Below, piece after piece: positions 18,211 through 28,990 of a stretch of DNA of 64,000 bases; position 1 is the stretch's first letter, and each line of letters begins with the position of its first letter. The notes beneath the pieces are model-generated. The model was not told the origin of the DNA. It worked only from the letters and a program-made list of their open reading frames with translations, and ran no database searches. The position numbers and the translations under genes are program-made. Origin of the DNA: Andalucia godoyi And28 (Eukaryota > Protista > Jakobida); assembly GCA_009859145.1 (NCBI GenBank), contig VRVR01000023.1:120934-184933 (forward strand), in the 5' to 3' direction.

Positions 18211-20229
18211 TCAGCAGGAGAAGGAGGAGGAAGAGGAGGATAGTATGGCTGCGTTGACTGCTGAACAAAACTGCAATATTGGATCCGAGTTGACAGAATG
18301 ACCGAACTCACGGACAGAGTCGATCTGATCTGCTGCCACGCAGGACATGATGACTTCTTCCGCCAGGTTCTTCAGTCCCGGTAGCATCAGATAATCCGCA
18401 ACGACGAGCACTTCCATGGCGGTCTTTTCATTGAGATGTGCGTGGTAAGTGACCGTGCGCCCACGCACCCGTTTCTCAAGACGGCCATCCACAGAGTCCA
18501 GATACGCACACACAACTTGCAGAACATCCTCCGATACGGCAAACGGAAGGTGGGCTTCGTGCACAATTGCCGAGGTTGTCGCAATGCCCATTCCTGTCAC
18601 GGACCGCCGATCAAACACCATTTCTCGCAGGATCGGGCTCTTCAAAATTGCACTGATCATGCAGCAACTTGCTTGTGGGCGCTGTGATCCTCCGACCAGT
18701 GCCTTCTTTGATCGAGAGAAGAATGTTCCGCCCAGCGAGTTATCCCTGTCCGGGGCCACGGATGAAAGGACGAGTTGAAAGGGCTGCAAGCGACGGTTCT
18801 TCAACGCATCAAGGTATATGTCGGTGAGCAGATCCATTACTTGCGCCTCAGACACCTTTCCACCAAGAACAGAATACGGAACGCGCTGTACGTCCTTGAA
18901 CACATGTGAGTGAATCGACAGGGAGCCTCCATCCTTTGTGCGAACCTGCATGTCTGCGTGCAGAAACGTGGACTGCTGCTGCAATGTTTCTTCCAAGAAC
19001 ACGCGAAGCTGCCTTCGAATATCGCAGGTATTCGGACGGAAGGAGAATCCCATCAGCAGACTGACAGTATGACCTCTGCAAGAAAATCCAACAACACCTG
19101 TCATGGAGAATCTGTGCAGAGGATGGGCTTCAATTGCAAAAACCTTGAATGTCCCGTCTTCGAATAGGAAGCATGTGTGCGACCGACTTGCTTCAACCAT
19201 CTGGATCATGCCCCACGAGGGATCGAATAGATTTCGCGTGTCAATCTGCGAGAGCGTCATTTGTACAGGGTTTTGGGTGGTTCTACGTTCGCCGTCCTCG
19301 GCCACAGGCGGCTCGGTATGAACAATACAGCGCCCATCGGCCGGGCCAGACCACCAAACACTGCTGTCCTCCAGCACAACAACCAAGTGGTCGTAGCCGA
19401 GAGAAACCAGTCTCACCGGGGCAGTCTGTGGTGCGCTGAGGATGAGATCGGGGGACTGGAATGTCACTGGCTGAAAAGTCGCAGAGCAATGAGCCAACGT
19501 TGGCAATGCTCGTCCCAGTGCACCTTTCTTTCCAAAGCCGCATGTTAACAATTGTCCCGAGTTGCTTATTACGGCAGAAGTGGCAAATCCAGCAAAAATC
19601 GAGCGGATTGGCATATCGTAAAGTACCACAACTTCTGGAATCGCAACGGCATTGACATTTCCGAGTCCAGTTTGTCCAAAATCGGATCGACCGCAAGTCA
19701 TCACGATACCCCTTTTCGTAAGAAATACCGTGTGATGGCCCCCGGCAGCAATGTCCACAATATTTTGAAAGCCTTCTTTGAACTGGATTTCTCTTGGCAT
19801 TGCAATATGATCCATTTTGGGTCCCTGTCCCAGCTGGCCAAACGCATTGCTTCCGCATGCGTATGCTTTGCCAGTATCATCCAGGAAGACGGAATGTTCG
19901 AATCCGGCGGAAATCTTGACAATGCGAATTGATCTCGAGGAAAAGAACGAGATCTCGCGCGGAAGCGCCTCATCGTTCTGCGACCCGTGGCCCAGTCGTC
20001 CGTCGCACCCGTAGCCAAACGAGAATACACGCCCGCACGCAGTCAGAATCAGTGTGTGCATTGTATGACATGAGATACTCTGAATCCTGTACTTGGAAAC
20101 GGAACTCTGGGATTGTGCAGACATTCGTAGCCCATGATCCTGGATTAGGCTCGTTGGCGACGGGCTTCCGATTTGCACAAAGTCAAACACTAACGATCTC
20201 GGCTGATTATCAGTCACACTCATTCGCAC
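18211..20229 (-). CDS. RCC1-repeat and BTB-domain protein (RCBTB/IBTK-like)
   Basis: RCC1 repeats (GRVFSFGYGCDGRLGHG, SAGFEHSVFL, AAGGHHTVFL). C-terminal BTB-like region (EVLVVADYLMLPGLKNLAE). Confidence 0.8.
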   Translation of the reverse strand: MRMSVTDNQPRSLVFDFVQIGSPSPTSLIQDHGLRMSAQSQSSVSKYRIQSISCHTMHTLILTACGRVFSFGYGCDGRLGHGSQNDEALPREISFFSSRSIRIVKISAGFEHSVFLDDTGKAYACGSNAFGQLGQGPKMDHIAMPREIQFKEGFQNIVDIAAGGHHTVFLTKRGIVMTCGRSDFGQTGLGNVNAVAIPEVVVLYDMPIRSIFAGFATSAVISNSGQLLTCGFGKKGALGRALPTLAHCSATFQPVTFQSPDLILSAPQTAPVRLVSLGYDHLVVVLEDSSVWWSGPADGRCIVHTEPPVAEDGERRTTQNPVQMTLSQIDTRNLFDPSWGMIQMVEASRSHTCFLFEDGTFKVFAIEAHPLHRFSMTGVVGFSCRGHTVSLLMGFSFRPNTCDIRRQLRVFLEETLQQQSTFLHADMQVRTKDGGSLSIHSHVFKDVQRVPYSVLGGKVSEAQVMDLLTDIYLDALKNRRLQPFQLVLSSVAPDRDNSLGGTFFSRSKKALVGGSQRPQASCCMISAILKSPILREMVFDRRSVTGMGIATTSAIVHEAHLPFAVSEDVLQVVCAYLDSVDGRLEKRVRGRTVTYHAHLNEKTAMEVLVVADYLMLPGLKNLAEEVIMSCVAADQIDSVREFGHSVNSDPILQFCSAVNAAILSSSSSSFSC

Positions 20230-20601
20230 ACGTCAGCGCGCAGACTTCAATGTTCCTTGTGTAAATGTATTAAAATAAAATGAAAAAAGCAGGAAGATTT
20301 GAATTTAAAGATAAAATAAAATTGGAAACGCAAGAAAAGAAGAAACAAAAACAGAGCCAAATTGATCCAGTGTTGTGCACGGTGTGCGGTTTATTTATTT
20401 TTGTGTAGGCCTACGCGTGTCCACGTGTCCGCGCGCGTGTGTGTGTGTGTGTGTGCGTGTGCAAACAGAAATTCGGACGTTTTCCACGTGGCGCTTGGCT
20501 GCAAAAGGGAGCGATTCGGGTTTTGTTGCACGGATCGACATCGGAGAGTTCGGGGGTAAAATTCGAAAAAGGAAAAATACCCGACAACCTACTCAATATG
20601 T

Positions 20602-22410
20602 TCACTTTTTACAGATAATCACGTGATTTTGAGAAAGGCCAAGTTCCGCACAGACAAATTCCTTGAGCCGATCTGGCCTTCCTTGCAAGTTGACTTCGTT
20701 TCCATCCACAGACGCTGATGCTGCAAATTTCTTCTGGCAAGCACTCCCAAACTCGTCGAGCGAGATTCCGAATTGTTCAAGATGCAAGATTCGGGATACC
20801 CACTTAGAGCCCTGTCTTCGTTCCACGATGATCTCTACAGGTTTTAAAGAACCCTTGATGATGCGCGGTTCTTGACCGGCTGGGGTTCCGGGCAGTCGAA
20901 TAAGAGTGAATGGCTTAAGAACAGAGGGCAAGTACTTCCCGAACAACTCCCGTTTCGACACTAGAGATCCGATTTGCGGATGAGCCTTTGTCTGTCGAAA
21001 GAACGCATCCAAAATGTTCTCATCCACTTTCACACTGGACTTGTCTTCGGCTGACTCCAGCGGTTGTGTGTACGACTTCAAGGCAGTTTGGATTTCCCTC
21101 ATTGAGAAGTATTCATCTTTTAGCCGTCGCGAATTAGGAAACAGGAATGCAGCCGCCGCGGGGACTTGATAGACTTCCATGATCGCCATATCTTCTTCTT
21201 CTTCTTCTTCATCGTCATTATCGCCATCGCGTTTCTGCTTCTTGCGAGAATTCGTTTTGAGTGGAATGAAGTCTCGAAGCGAAGCATGCCGATTGTCAAT
21301 CGCTGTAATATACAGCTGATCTTGTTTTTCCTTAGTCGACAGAACACCAAGCTTCTTGAGATGCTGAGCAAGTTTGGAGAGCTTCTTCCAAGACGATGCT
21401 TTGAGATCGAGATCCATCCCTTCTTGCTCAAATGGTAGGACTCGAGCAGAGAAGAACTCGGACAGTTCAACAGGAAGATCCGTCGAAGAGACTGTTGCCA
21501 TGAGTGCCGAATAGAAGCACGCAAGGATATCTGCATCCATTTTTTCCCTGGAAATCCCCTCGGGTTCTTTCCTTGCCGGCTCCATTGCTTCCTTCTCTGC
21601 CGGGGGCTCCGTCGACACGGAATCGGAGAGGATCTCGTCTGCTGCATGGCCGTTGATTTTTCGACCGTCATCATGTCCCGCAGAAGCAACTGCTAGATCC
21701 GCCACGGCACTACTCAAATACTCCGTTTCGCTGTTTGCGTGAGGCAGTTCGTGTACATCCTCAATTGGGTAGACACGCGAACTTGTGAAGCCTTTCGGAA
21801 ATATCCGAGCAGGACCGCCTCCAGCACCCAGCATATTCCACAAGGCGTCTCCAAAAGAGTGCATGACTTCTACTCCTCTTCCTCTCCAGTTACTCTTGAC
21901 TGCCTCCTCTCCGCTCACCAACATCTTTCCAACAGCAAACGGAACAGGATTGCCAGCCACGTAAATCGCAGCGACCTCGTCCTTCGAGAACGTTGCTGCC
22001 GTCAGCGAGGTGTCCACGCCAGGAAGCATAAGATCTGCTCCGTTCAAGACGAACTGGGAGACTTGCGACGGGACGTAAACATTGCAATCCATAAGATTCG
22101 GAAAAGACATCAGAGCATATATCGTTGGAAGCACCGCGTCCTTTTGACCGGGAACAGCGGCTTCGAGTGAAAAGAAGAGCGGAACAGCATGTGTTCCAAA
22201 CACCGTAAGCCGCAGATCCGAGCATCGATACTGCACAACGACGCTTTCGGCAGCAGAATCCGCTGATCCGCTGGCACTTGTAGAAAACATCCTATCGAAC
22301 GATGATTGGTCCAATCGCGGAAACGCATCCAAAAGGCGTTTACGGACAAGTTTCCTGTCTTTTCCACCAAGCACAGTCTGTGTGGACACTCGAAATCCCT
22401 TCTTGAACAT
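20602..22410 (-). CDS. EIF2D: Translation initiation factor eIF2D (ligatin): PUA, SWIB and SUI1 domains
   Basis: MFKKGF...LGGKDRKLVRK, VLNGADLMLPG, GRGVEVMHSFGDALW, LKASSWKKLSKL, SUI1 IIVERRQGSKWVS...VNLQG. Confidence 0.9.
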   Translation of the reverse strand: MFKKGFRVSTQTVLGGKDRKLVRKRLLDAFPRLDQSSFDRMFSTSASGSADSAAESVVVQYRCSDLRLTVFGTHAVPLFFSLEAAVPGQKDAVLPTIYALMSFPNLMDCNVYVPSQVSQFVLNGADLMLPGVDTSLTAATFSKDEVAAIYVAGNPVPFAVGKMLVSGEEAVKSNWRGRGVEVMHSFGDALWNMLGAGGGPARIFPKGFTSSRVYPIEDVHELPHANSETEYLSSAVADLAVASAGHDDGRKINGHAADEILSDSVSTEPPAEKEAMEPARKEPEGISREKMDADILACFYSALMATVSSTDLPVELSEFFSARVLPFEQEGMDLDLKASSWKKLSKLAQHLKKLGVLSTKEKQDQLYITAIDNRHASLRDFIPLKTNSRKKQKRDGDNDDEEEEEEDMAIMEVYQVPAAAAFLFPNSRRLKDEYFSMREIQTALKSYTQPLESAEDKSSVKVDENILDAFFRQTKAHPQIGSLVSKRELFGKYLPSVLKPFTLIRLPGTPAGQEPRIIKGSLKPVEIIVERRQGSKWVSRILHLEQFGISLDEFGSACQKKFAASASVDGNEVNLQGRPDRLKEFVCAELGLSQNHVIICKK

Positions 22411-22973
22411 TTTTTTTTTTGCTCGTTCTTCACCGTCTCGTGTCGAAACCAAACCACCTCTCCTCTTCTTCTTCCTCCCGTATCTGCTTTTGAAGAAGAT
22501 AGTTAAAAAAACCCCTTATTTCTCTCTTCTCGTTTTTTTTCTCTTCTACTCTTTTTAAAATTAAAAATAATAATTCCCCTTCTTCAGAGGTTCGATGCCA
22601 AACGAAAAACCAGCAACAAAAAAAAAGAAAAGATGAGCAAAAACGGGTTTCCAACAAGCCTTTTTTCACAAAGGCTCGCACTGATGTCGAGCTGAGAAAG
22701 ATCCGGCAGCGGACAGAAAATGGCCCGCGTACGGTAACGCATTCTTTTTGATGCTTTGATGCTGAGAGGCTTTCTTTTGGGATGGGCGAAAGTCTCCCCC
22801 TTTCTTTTCCTGCGTTTCTTTACTGGTGGTGTTTTGATTATTACTATTATTTGTTATTATTATTATTATTATTATTTCTCTTTTTGCTTGTCTTTAGGTA
22901 GGCAATTGCAGAAACACAATATTTTCTTCTTTCTATTCTTTCTTTCTTTTCCTTTTTTGTTTTTGTTTTGAGG

Positions 22974-24074
22974 ATGCAGTCGAATGATCCGAATAACACT
23001 CGCTGGGCCAAGAACAGCAGCTCGATTGGACACATGCTGCTTGCAAAGATGGGCTGGCAAGCAGGGAATGGACTTGGGGCTGCGCAGCAGGGGACGACGA
23101 CGCATATTCGAGTTGCAGCGCGAAGCAGCACGGAAAACACAGTTGGAATTGGTGCAGACAAGATCAAGATGGACCATGTATCAGAACATATTGATGAATT
23201 CAACTCTGTCCTGATGAAGCTGCAGTCTGCTCACAAAGTGCATTCCACTCGCGGTATAGACAGGATGGATAGCATGGACAATGTGGACGGTGTGGACGGT
23301 GCGAGCATTGGTGATGGTATTACAAAGAAGGAGGGAGTTGTATATGGATCGAAGAGAGTGACGTACAATCGTATCAAGACAGCAAAGATGGTCCAGTCGT
23401 ATTCGGATCAGGACTTGGCAAATATCCTCGGAAAGTACACTGTCGATCGGAAAGGCGGAGCAAAGTCCAGTGGGCCGTCTGATCCGCAACTAATTTCAGG
23501 CGCGGAAAGTGGTGATCGTGAGCGTGACTGTGATCGAGATGGCTGTGGCGCTGTTCTTCGAAGTGTCTCCTCTGGGTCGCTAGAGGCTTTCGAACATGAA
23601 ATTCAGATGCTCAAAGAAACAGACTCGCAAAGAGTGATCAAGGATATGGAAAAGAGTCGGAAGAAGGAAATGAAGAAGAGCAGAAAGACAGACAAAAAGG
23701 AAGAAAAGTCGGACAAAAAGAAAGATAAGAAAGACAAGAAGAATGAAAAGAAAGAGAGAAAAGAAAAGACTGTGCAGTCTGAACAATCGGACAACTCGGA
23801 GGCATCCAAAGAGTCCAGCAACATGGAAACGAATGAAAAGAAGGCCCGCAAAGATAAGGGGGATAAGAAGAGTCGGAAAGTGATAAAGGAAGCTGAAAGC
23901 AGCAGCACTGCGAGCACTGATAGCTGTGATGGAGAAGATAGGGAAAAAAAGAAGAGGAAGCGGGGCCGCATGGAGGAAACTGTCTCATCTTCTGAATCCG
24001 AAGAACACAGTTCGAAAAAGAAGAAGAGAAGGACTTCCTCGAACTCTTCTTCTGTAGATGCTTCGATGCCGTAG
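22974..24074 (+). CDS. PINX1: G-patch protein PINX1/Pxr1-like
   Basis: DPNNTRW, G-patch IGHMLLAKMGWQAGNGLGAAQQG...GIG, K/E-rich tail. Confidence 0.8.
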   Translation: MQSNDPNNTRWAKNSSSIGHMLLAKMGWQAGNGLGAAQQGTTTHIRVAARSSTENTVGIGADKIKMDHVSEHIDEFNSVLMKLQSAHKVHSTRGIDRMDSMDNVDGVDGASIGDGITKKEGVVYGSKRVTYNRIKTAKMVQSYSDQDLANILGKYTVDRKGGAKSSGPSDPQLISGAESGDRERDCDRDGCGAVLRSVSSGSLEAFEHEIQMLKETDSQRVIKDMEKSRKKEMKKSRKTDKKEEKSDKKKDKKDKKNEKKERKEKTVQSEQSDNSEASKESSNMETNEKKARKDKGDKKSRKVIKEAESSSTASTDSCDGEDREKKKRKRGRMEETVSSSESEEHSSKKKKRRTSSNSSSVDASMP

Positions 24075-24424
24075 CAACGCTGATTCTCGACCGTGGATTT
24101 TCCGCCTGTTCACTGTTGGGCACTGTTCTCTCTTCTCGCTGTCATACTTTCTGCTTGCAACAAACTCTGATCTCCGTAGAATTGGTTTTCGCGTCAAGCC
24201 GACTTCACTCGGCGTCGTTGCGGCCTCACCCATCGTTCTTTGCCGGTTTCCTTTTCCTCCCGCTAGAGTTTGCGAGATTCAATCGTCGAATGCATTGGGA
24301 GTGATTCTGCAGCGTCCTTTGTCCATTGGAGACATGGCGCATCGACAAGCCAGTTCTTTACACATACATGTTTATCATTCATATTTTCTTTCTTTCTTCT
24401 TCTTCTTAATTACACAGCATTCAT

Positions 24425-24799
24425 TTACTCATTCACCATCATTTGTTGATCTTGCTCGTTCGAGTACTGTCTCGTCTGGGAAATCAGTGACGTCGCAAGT
24501 GCATCGAGAGCATCCTTTGCGACGATGGATTCCGTCCATTCTCTCTGATACACTCGAACAGCATTCACAAGAAACCGATCTGGATTCTCCTCTGCATCCA
24601 CCATCTGCAGAACTTGCAAAGGAATCTGCGTGACAGGGACGTCTCCAAGTGCCTTCAGACTGTTCAGATGCGCAACAAAATCACCGAGTCTGGCGTCCAG
24701 CGTTAATCGAGTATCAGGACCAAGGTCTTCAAGCGCAGCAAGCACAGACTTGCAATCGTGCAACAGAGTATTAATGCTCTTCTCAAGCGCTGTTGTCAT
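24425..24799 (-). CDS. MED10: Mediator subunit 10 (Nut2)-like
   Basis: ~124 aa; IPLQVLQMVDAEENPDRF resembles the MED10 IP.EV..YID.G.NPD motif. Confidence 0.65.
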   Translation of the reverse strand: MTTALEKSINTLLHDCKSVLAALEDLGPDTRLTLDARLGDFVAHLNSLKALGDVPVTQIPLQVLQMVDAEENPDRFLVNAVRVYQREWTESIVAKDALDALATSLISQTRQYSNEQDQQMMVNE

Positions 24800-25259
24800 T
24801 CTCTTCTTCTTGTTCTTGCTCCTCCTTCTCCTATGGCGACAAACAATGACAAAACAATAACGACGACGATGAACCCCGTACAGCTGCAGCAAAAAAACAA
24901 AAACGACACCAACAATGAAAAGATGCTTTTGAGTGCATCCGTCGACAGCGGTCAACCTTCACTTTCACACCTGTCAGTGGGCGTCCCCGTGTACGTTTGT
25001 ACGTACACGGTTATCATTGGAGAATGGCTTGTTTGATTGATTTGAGAGTCTTTGGATATAAGGAAAGTTCTTGCGCAGATTCCGAAAGACCTCGGCACGC
25101 CAGAGGAGCGTACGTCTCACTTCATTTTTTCTGTTTTTCTTCTTCATGTTTTCAGAAGAGTTGTGTTGTTTTATGTTTTTTTGTGTTTTGATCTAACCTT
25201 TTCAGTCTATTTTCGTTTGTTGTTGTTGAATGATCGTGTTGACGATTGCTTCTTGATCC

Positions 25260-25964
25260 ATGATGAGCAGCCAAGTTGTGCGGACCATGTATAAAGTCCT
25301 TGTTTGCCCGTGTGCGATCCCGTGGTATTGCTGCGAGCTCTTCGCGATTGCATTCTTGGAGGAGTGCGGAAAACATGGAAAAGCAACAGCACTGTTCGAC
25401 ACCTGGTCAGCAATGTGGAATCCCTTTGCTTGTGGTGCAAATGCGGATGGGTGCAGCGTTACGGGGACGTCGGTCGAGAGGCAGGCAGCTGTGGATGCGC
25501 TCGGATGGATGTTTGCTCCACCACCGTCACAAGATAGCATGGCGGCACCAGGAGCCGCGGGAGAGACAGCAAGCAGCGCGGTACAGCATTCTTCTCCGTC
25601 AGTCCACCCGAGGTCTTCCAGCGTGGCGACGGATATTGAAACTCCGCATGAAAGAGAGTGTCCATCGACAGTTGTACAAAAAAATGACGGGGAGTGTTGC
25701 GAAAAGAAGCTGGATGAGGATAGAAATGAGGATGAGGAGGAGGTGGAGGAGCACGCTGATTGCAATGAGGATCTGGACGACTCTTGCAGAATATGCTTTG
25801 AGAACAAGATCAACACAGTGATTGACGATTGCGGACACACTGTGATTTGTCTAAAGTGCGCAACCAGCGGGCTGCGGCTCTGTCCAATTTGCAGATCAAA
25901 AATCAAGTCCATCGTATGCTTGCGAGATGAAACATTCAAAATCGAAGGGCCAGAAACAGAATGA
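25260..25964 (+). CDS. C-terminal C3HC4 RING (IAP/MDM-type) protein; 5' end uncertain
   Basis: CRICFENKINTVIDDCGHTVICLKCATSGLRLCPICRSKI. Confidence 0.75.
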   Translation: MMSSQVVRTMYKVLVCPCAIPWYCCELFAIAFLEECGKHGKATALFDTWSAMWNPFACGANADGCSVTGTSVERQAAVDALGWMFAPPPSQDSMAAPGAAGETASSAVQHSSPSVHPRSSSVATDIETPHERECPSTVVQKNDGECCEKKLDEDRNEDEEEVEEHADCNEDLDDSCRICFENKINTVIDDCGHTVICLKCATSGLRLCPICRSKIKSIVCLRDETFKIEGPETE

Positions 25965-26078
25965 AGATGATCATATTTTAAATAAAAATGAACCAAGAGG
26001 ATATGCATCATTTTTGCCATCTTTTACATTTCCTCCTCCAGAGCGCGAGAGCAAATAGCAACTGTCGATTACTTCTGG

Positions 26079-26348
26079 TCAGTGACTGTGCGTTGCATTA
26101 TGATCTTCATCACGAAGTCGAGCTCGACGAACCTCTGCGGATGCCTTTCCGCCTCTCGAGGCAAGCCTTTTTCGCTCCTCGGGATCCAGTCGTGCAAATC
26201 CACGCGGATGCTTTGACAACAAATCAGTGGTTGCGGCTTGCGATTCAAGACCTGCTTTCAGCTCATTAAGAGCAAAGGACCGGGAAGCAGATCGAGAGGT
26301 TGTATCGATGAATCCTCTTGCAAACAGCCTCTTCAAAACAGCTGTCAT
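26079..26348 (-). CDS. KGG-motif (Con-10/YciG-like stress) small protein with mitochondrial-type presequence
   Basis: RGFARLDPEERKRLASRGGKAS matches the KGG repeat; the N-terminus is Arg-rich and acid-poor. Confidence 0.7.
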   Translation of the reverse strand: MTAVLKRLFARGFIDTTSRSASRSFALNELKAGLESQAATTDLLSKHPRGFARLDPEERKRLASRGGKASAEVRRARLRDEDHNATHSH

Positions 26349-26546
26349 TTCCTTTCTTCTACAAGCACACTCGTACGCAAATGTCGAAAAGGAAAGGATC
26401 AGTACAAAAAGAGAAGCAAAGCAAACTCAATTCGAAGCGGTTGCACACACTGACGGTACAAAAAAACACATCGACCTGAACGGCGGAGTACTTCGAGTTT
26501 TGATAACATAACAAACAATTTGAATCTCTGCGAGAAATAAAAAACA

Positions 26547-27103
26547 CCGCTGCCACTTATTGCGATATGATGAAGCAATCTGAAGCGCACGCAAACAAAA
26601 ACACGCCGCGGCGCTGCATTCTCGCACAGTGACGCTCATTTCTTATATTGTCCATGCAACGCACCATGTACGCCACGCCCGCAACGCTGCGCAAGACCCA
26701 TGACATCTCCACCGACGCTGGGCCGCCGTCAGGAAAGATCGCCAAGACGACAACTGCGCGGCAGCGGCTGCTCTGCAAATCGCGCGAATTCGCGGGGCGG
26801 CAGGTGTCGATTGTGACTTGTGACGGAGGAGTGCACGTCTAAAGCGTGCGGCCGTTGCGGGGGAAATCCATCGCAAGTTGTGTGGAAGCAAGGTGCGTTT
26901 TGCTGCCCATCGTGCAAAATGCACGATCGACCGCGATTGGAACAGTGCGCCCGACATCTACATCTGTGTTAAGAACGTCTCGCATGCCGTGGGCCGTGGT
27001 GGGGCCCACCTCCTTCCCAATCATGATATGCATGTTGTTGGGTTGCAGCATTGATTATGGGTGATCAGCGATGAATATCCGTGGCTAGTGTACAATGTAG
27101 GCG
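26547..27103 (+). mobile_element. Non-autonomous IS607-like Fanzor2 element, subfamily 2, copy E (left end uncertain)
   Basis: TnpA-HTH-like MYATPATLRKTHDIST/RRWAA/GKI (26666-26740), then frameshifted Fanzor2 remnants QRLLCKSREFAGRQVSIV / TEECTSKACGRCG / IDRDWNSAPDIY. Terminus TAGTGTACAATGTAGGCG; closely similar to copy D. Confidence 0.85.
26985..27103 (+). ncRNA. Candidate omega-RNA 3' scaffold (copy E)
   Basis: GTGGGCC/GGCCCAC hairpin (26989-27009), imperfect stem 27016-27061, then the conserved terminus. Confidence 0.45.
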
Positions 27104-27361
27104 TCAACTCTCGGTCACATATTCTGAGCCCAACGGCGAGTGCATTCGCTGCACAGAAAGGCCGTGCAATAAGTCGGGTGGGTGAGAAAAAGAACCGCCT
27201 CGGCCCCCCGGAAGTCGACTCCTTCCTTTGTCATTATAGTCATCTTATGAAGAAGAAGGACGGGGGGAAAAAAAAAAAGAAAAAAAAAGGAGAAAAGAAA
27301 GAGCGTTGGCTGGACGTCCACGGAAGATGCTGCATGCATATTCGATTCCATGTCACCACGC

Positions 27362-28927
27362 TTACAGAGAATTTTCTGCATCGCTTTGGTTGCCCATGTT
27401 CAAATACCGCGAAGAAACTGTACCCATGGCCCGTTTCTGTTTAACGTACGCATACGCACCTAAAACAATAACCAGGATCAGAAAGATTCCGAGTAAAATG
27501 ATGGAATACTCTTCGGCGGAGATCCCATGGTTCGCTGGATGCGCTGCTCTACTGTCATCGTGGCCATTCGCATGATGGATGCTACGGATGACGAACTCAT
27601 CCATGGGTTTTCCGGAATCAGCGTCCAGCGCCGTGACGATCAGTTCGTCCCGATCGACATCAACCGTGATCTCGACGTACCCATGAAAGGCTGCATTTCG
27701 CACCGCAGACCATTCTGGATGAGGAATTTGGAACGTCGAGACCAGTTCTCTTCCGCCAATTCCCGCAACGACATGAACGGGCGCCCGGGGCTCTTCGTAA
27801 GCGTACAGTTCCGTCTTTTGCACCAGGATTGATTTTCCATCTTCACTCATCATCACTGGAAACGATCGTTCATAGGCGTGCACATGCCCTGCGAGAATCA
27901 AATCTACTCCGTACGTACTAAGCATCCAGTCGATGTACCCCCGGATATCGAGGGCGGAGCCGTGCTTTTCGTTGGAACAAAAAAGAGGTCTATGCAACAC
28001 AAGGATGATCCATGGAACACGCATTCGGTTCACTTCTTCACTCGCAGCTTCAAGGTCCGACAGCAAAAATGCGTACTGCGCAGAAGAAGGGTCGATCTGG
28101 TGCTCCGATGAAACGAAAACGAAATGCACTGGACCGACATCCAACGAGTACCAAAACTGTCCCTGTCTGAGATTTCCAGGTGTTTCGAATCGTGCAATAT
28201 ACGAAGAAAACTTTGACTGATCGTCGTGAATGTCCGGCTCACGTTCATGGTTGCCAACTGCGGTCAGCAACACCCGATTGGACGCATACTGTTGGATGAT
28301 TTCCGAAGCAGCATCCCAGACAGACTGTCCAGCATAATAGGAATTTGCATAGGAGATGTCTCCACCGTGCACAACCAACGAATAGCGATCGATATTGGAT
28401 GCTAGACGGTCGCTTGTCCTTTGCGCAACCGCATCGGCACCCGTATCTGCGACAAATGCAAACCGGAAAATACTACCAGTCTGTTTCAGGTACTCCTGAG
28501 CGCTGGGCGACGGAGCCGATACAAACCGGGAAGAAAACATCAGAGAGGCCTGGCCATCCAGCACAGAGTACTGAAACGTAGCTTCAGAGGTCAGATTGGT
28601 CGAGAAAACACATTTCGAAATGGAGCGGTTCGAAAAGAGGGCCACAGTCTGTATCGCTGCTTTTGGAATCACCACAACTGGCCCATTAGGAACTTTCTGA
28701 TACGCAACATGCACATCCGAGTCATCCAAATCGAAAACTGTGTACGTGAGCACTGTGTTCCGCTCCAAATTGACGGATAAATGGACTTGGGATACGGATG
28801 GAACGAGTGCGAAGCACAATGCTGTGGGAGCGAAACTCAAAGCCACAGCTACAGCCACAGCCGCAATGTTCAAAGGAAGCCGCAGTTCCAAACAGCTACA
28901 GTGTCTCATGCTGAGAAGCCTCCCCAC
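27362..28927 (-). CDS. Purple acid phosphatase (FN3-like + metallophosphoesterase) with signal peptide and C-terminal TM
   Basis: ADTG, GDISYA, GNHE, LHRP and GHVHAYER motifs; hydrophobic N- and C-termini. Confidence 0.92.
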   Translation of the reverse strand: MGRLLSMRHCSCLELRLPLNIAAVAVAVALSFAPTALCFALVPSVSQVHLSVNLERNTVLTYTVFDLDDSDVHVAYQKVPNGPVVVIPKAAIQTVALFSNRSISKCVFSTNLTSEATFQYSVLDGQASLMFSSRFVSAPSPSAQEYLKQTGSIFRFAFVADTGADAVAQRTSDRLASNIDRYSLVVHGGDISYANSYYAGQSVWDAASEIIQQYASNRVLLTAVGNHEREPDIHDDQSKFSSYIARFETPGNLRQGQFWYSLDVGPVHFVFVSSEHQIDPSSAQYAFLLSDLEAASEEVNRMRVPWIILVLHRPLFCSNEKHGSALDIRGYIDWMLSTYGVDLILAGHVHAYERSFPVMMSEDGKSILVQKTELYAYEEPRAPVHVVAGIGGRELVSTFQIPHPEWSAVRNAAFHGYVEITVDVDRDELIVTALDADSGKPMDEFVIRSIHHANGHDDSRAAHPANHGISAEEYSIILLGIFLILVIVLGAYAYVKQKRAMGTVSSRYLNMGNQSDAENSL

Positions 28928-28990
28928 CCCAGATCACTCTGAAGAACCCTTCTCTTTGTTCGTGTTTGGCAGACGGGGAGTGCCAAGCGA

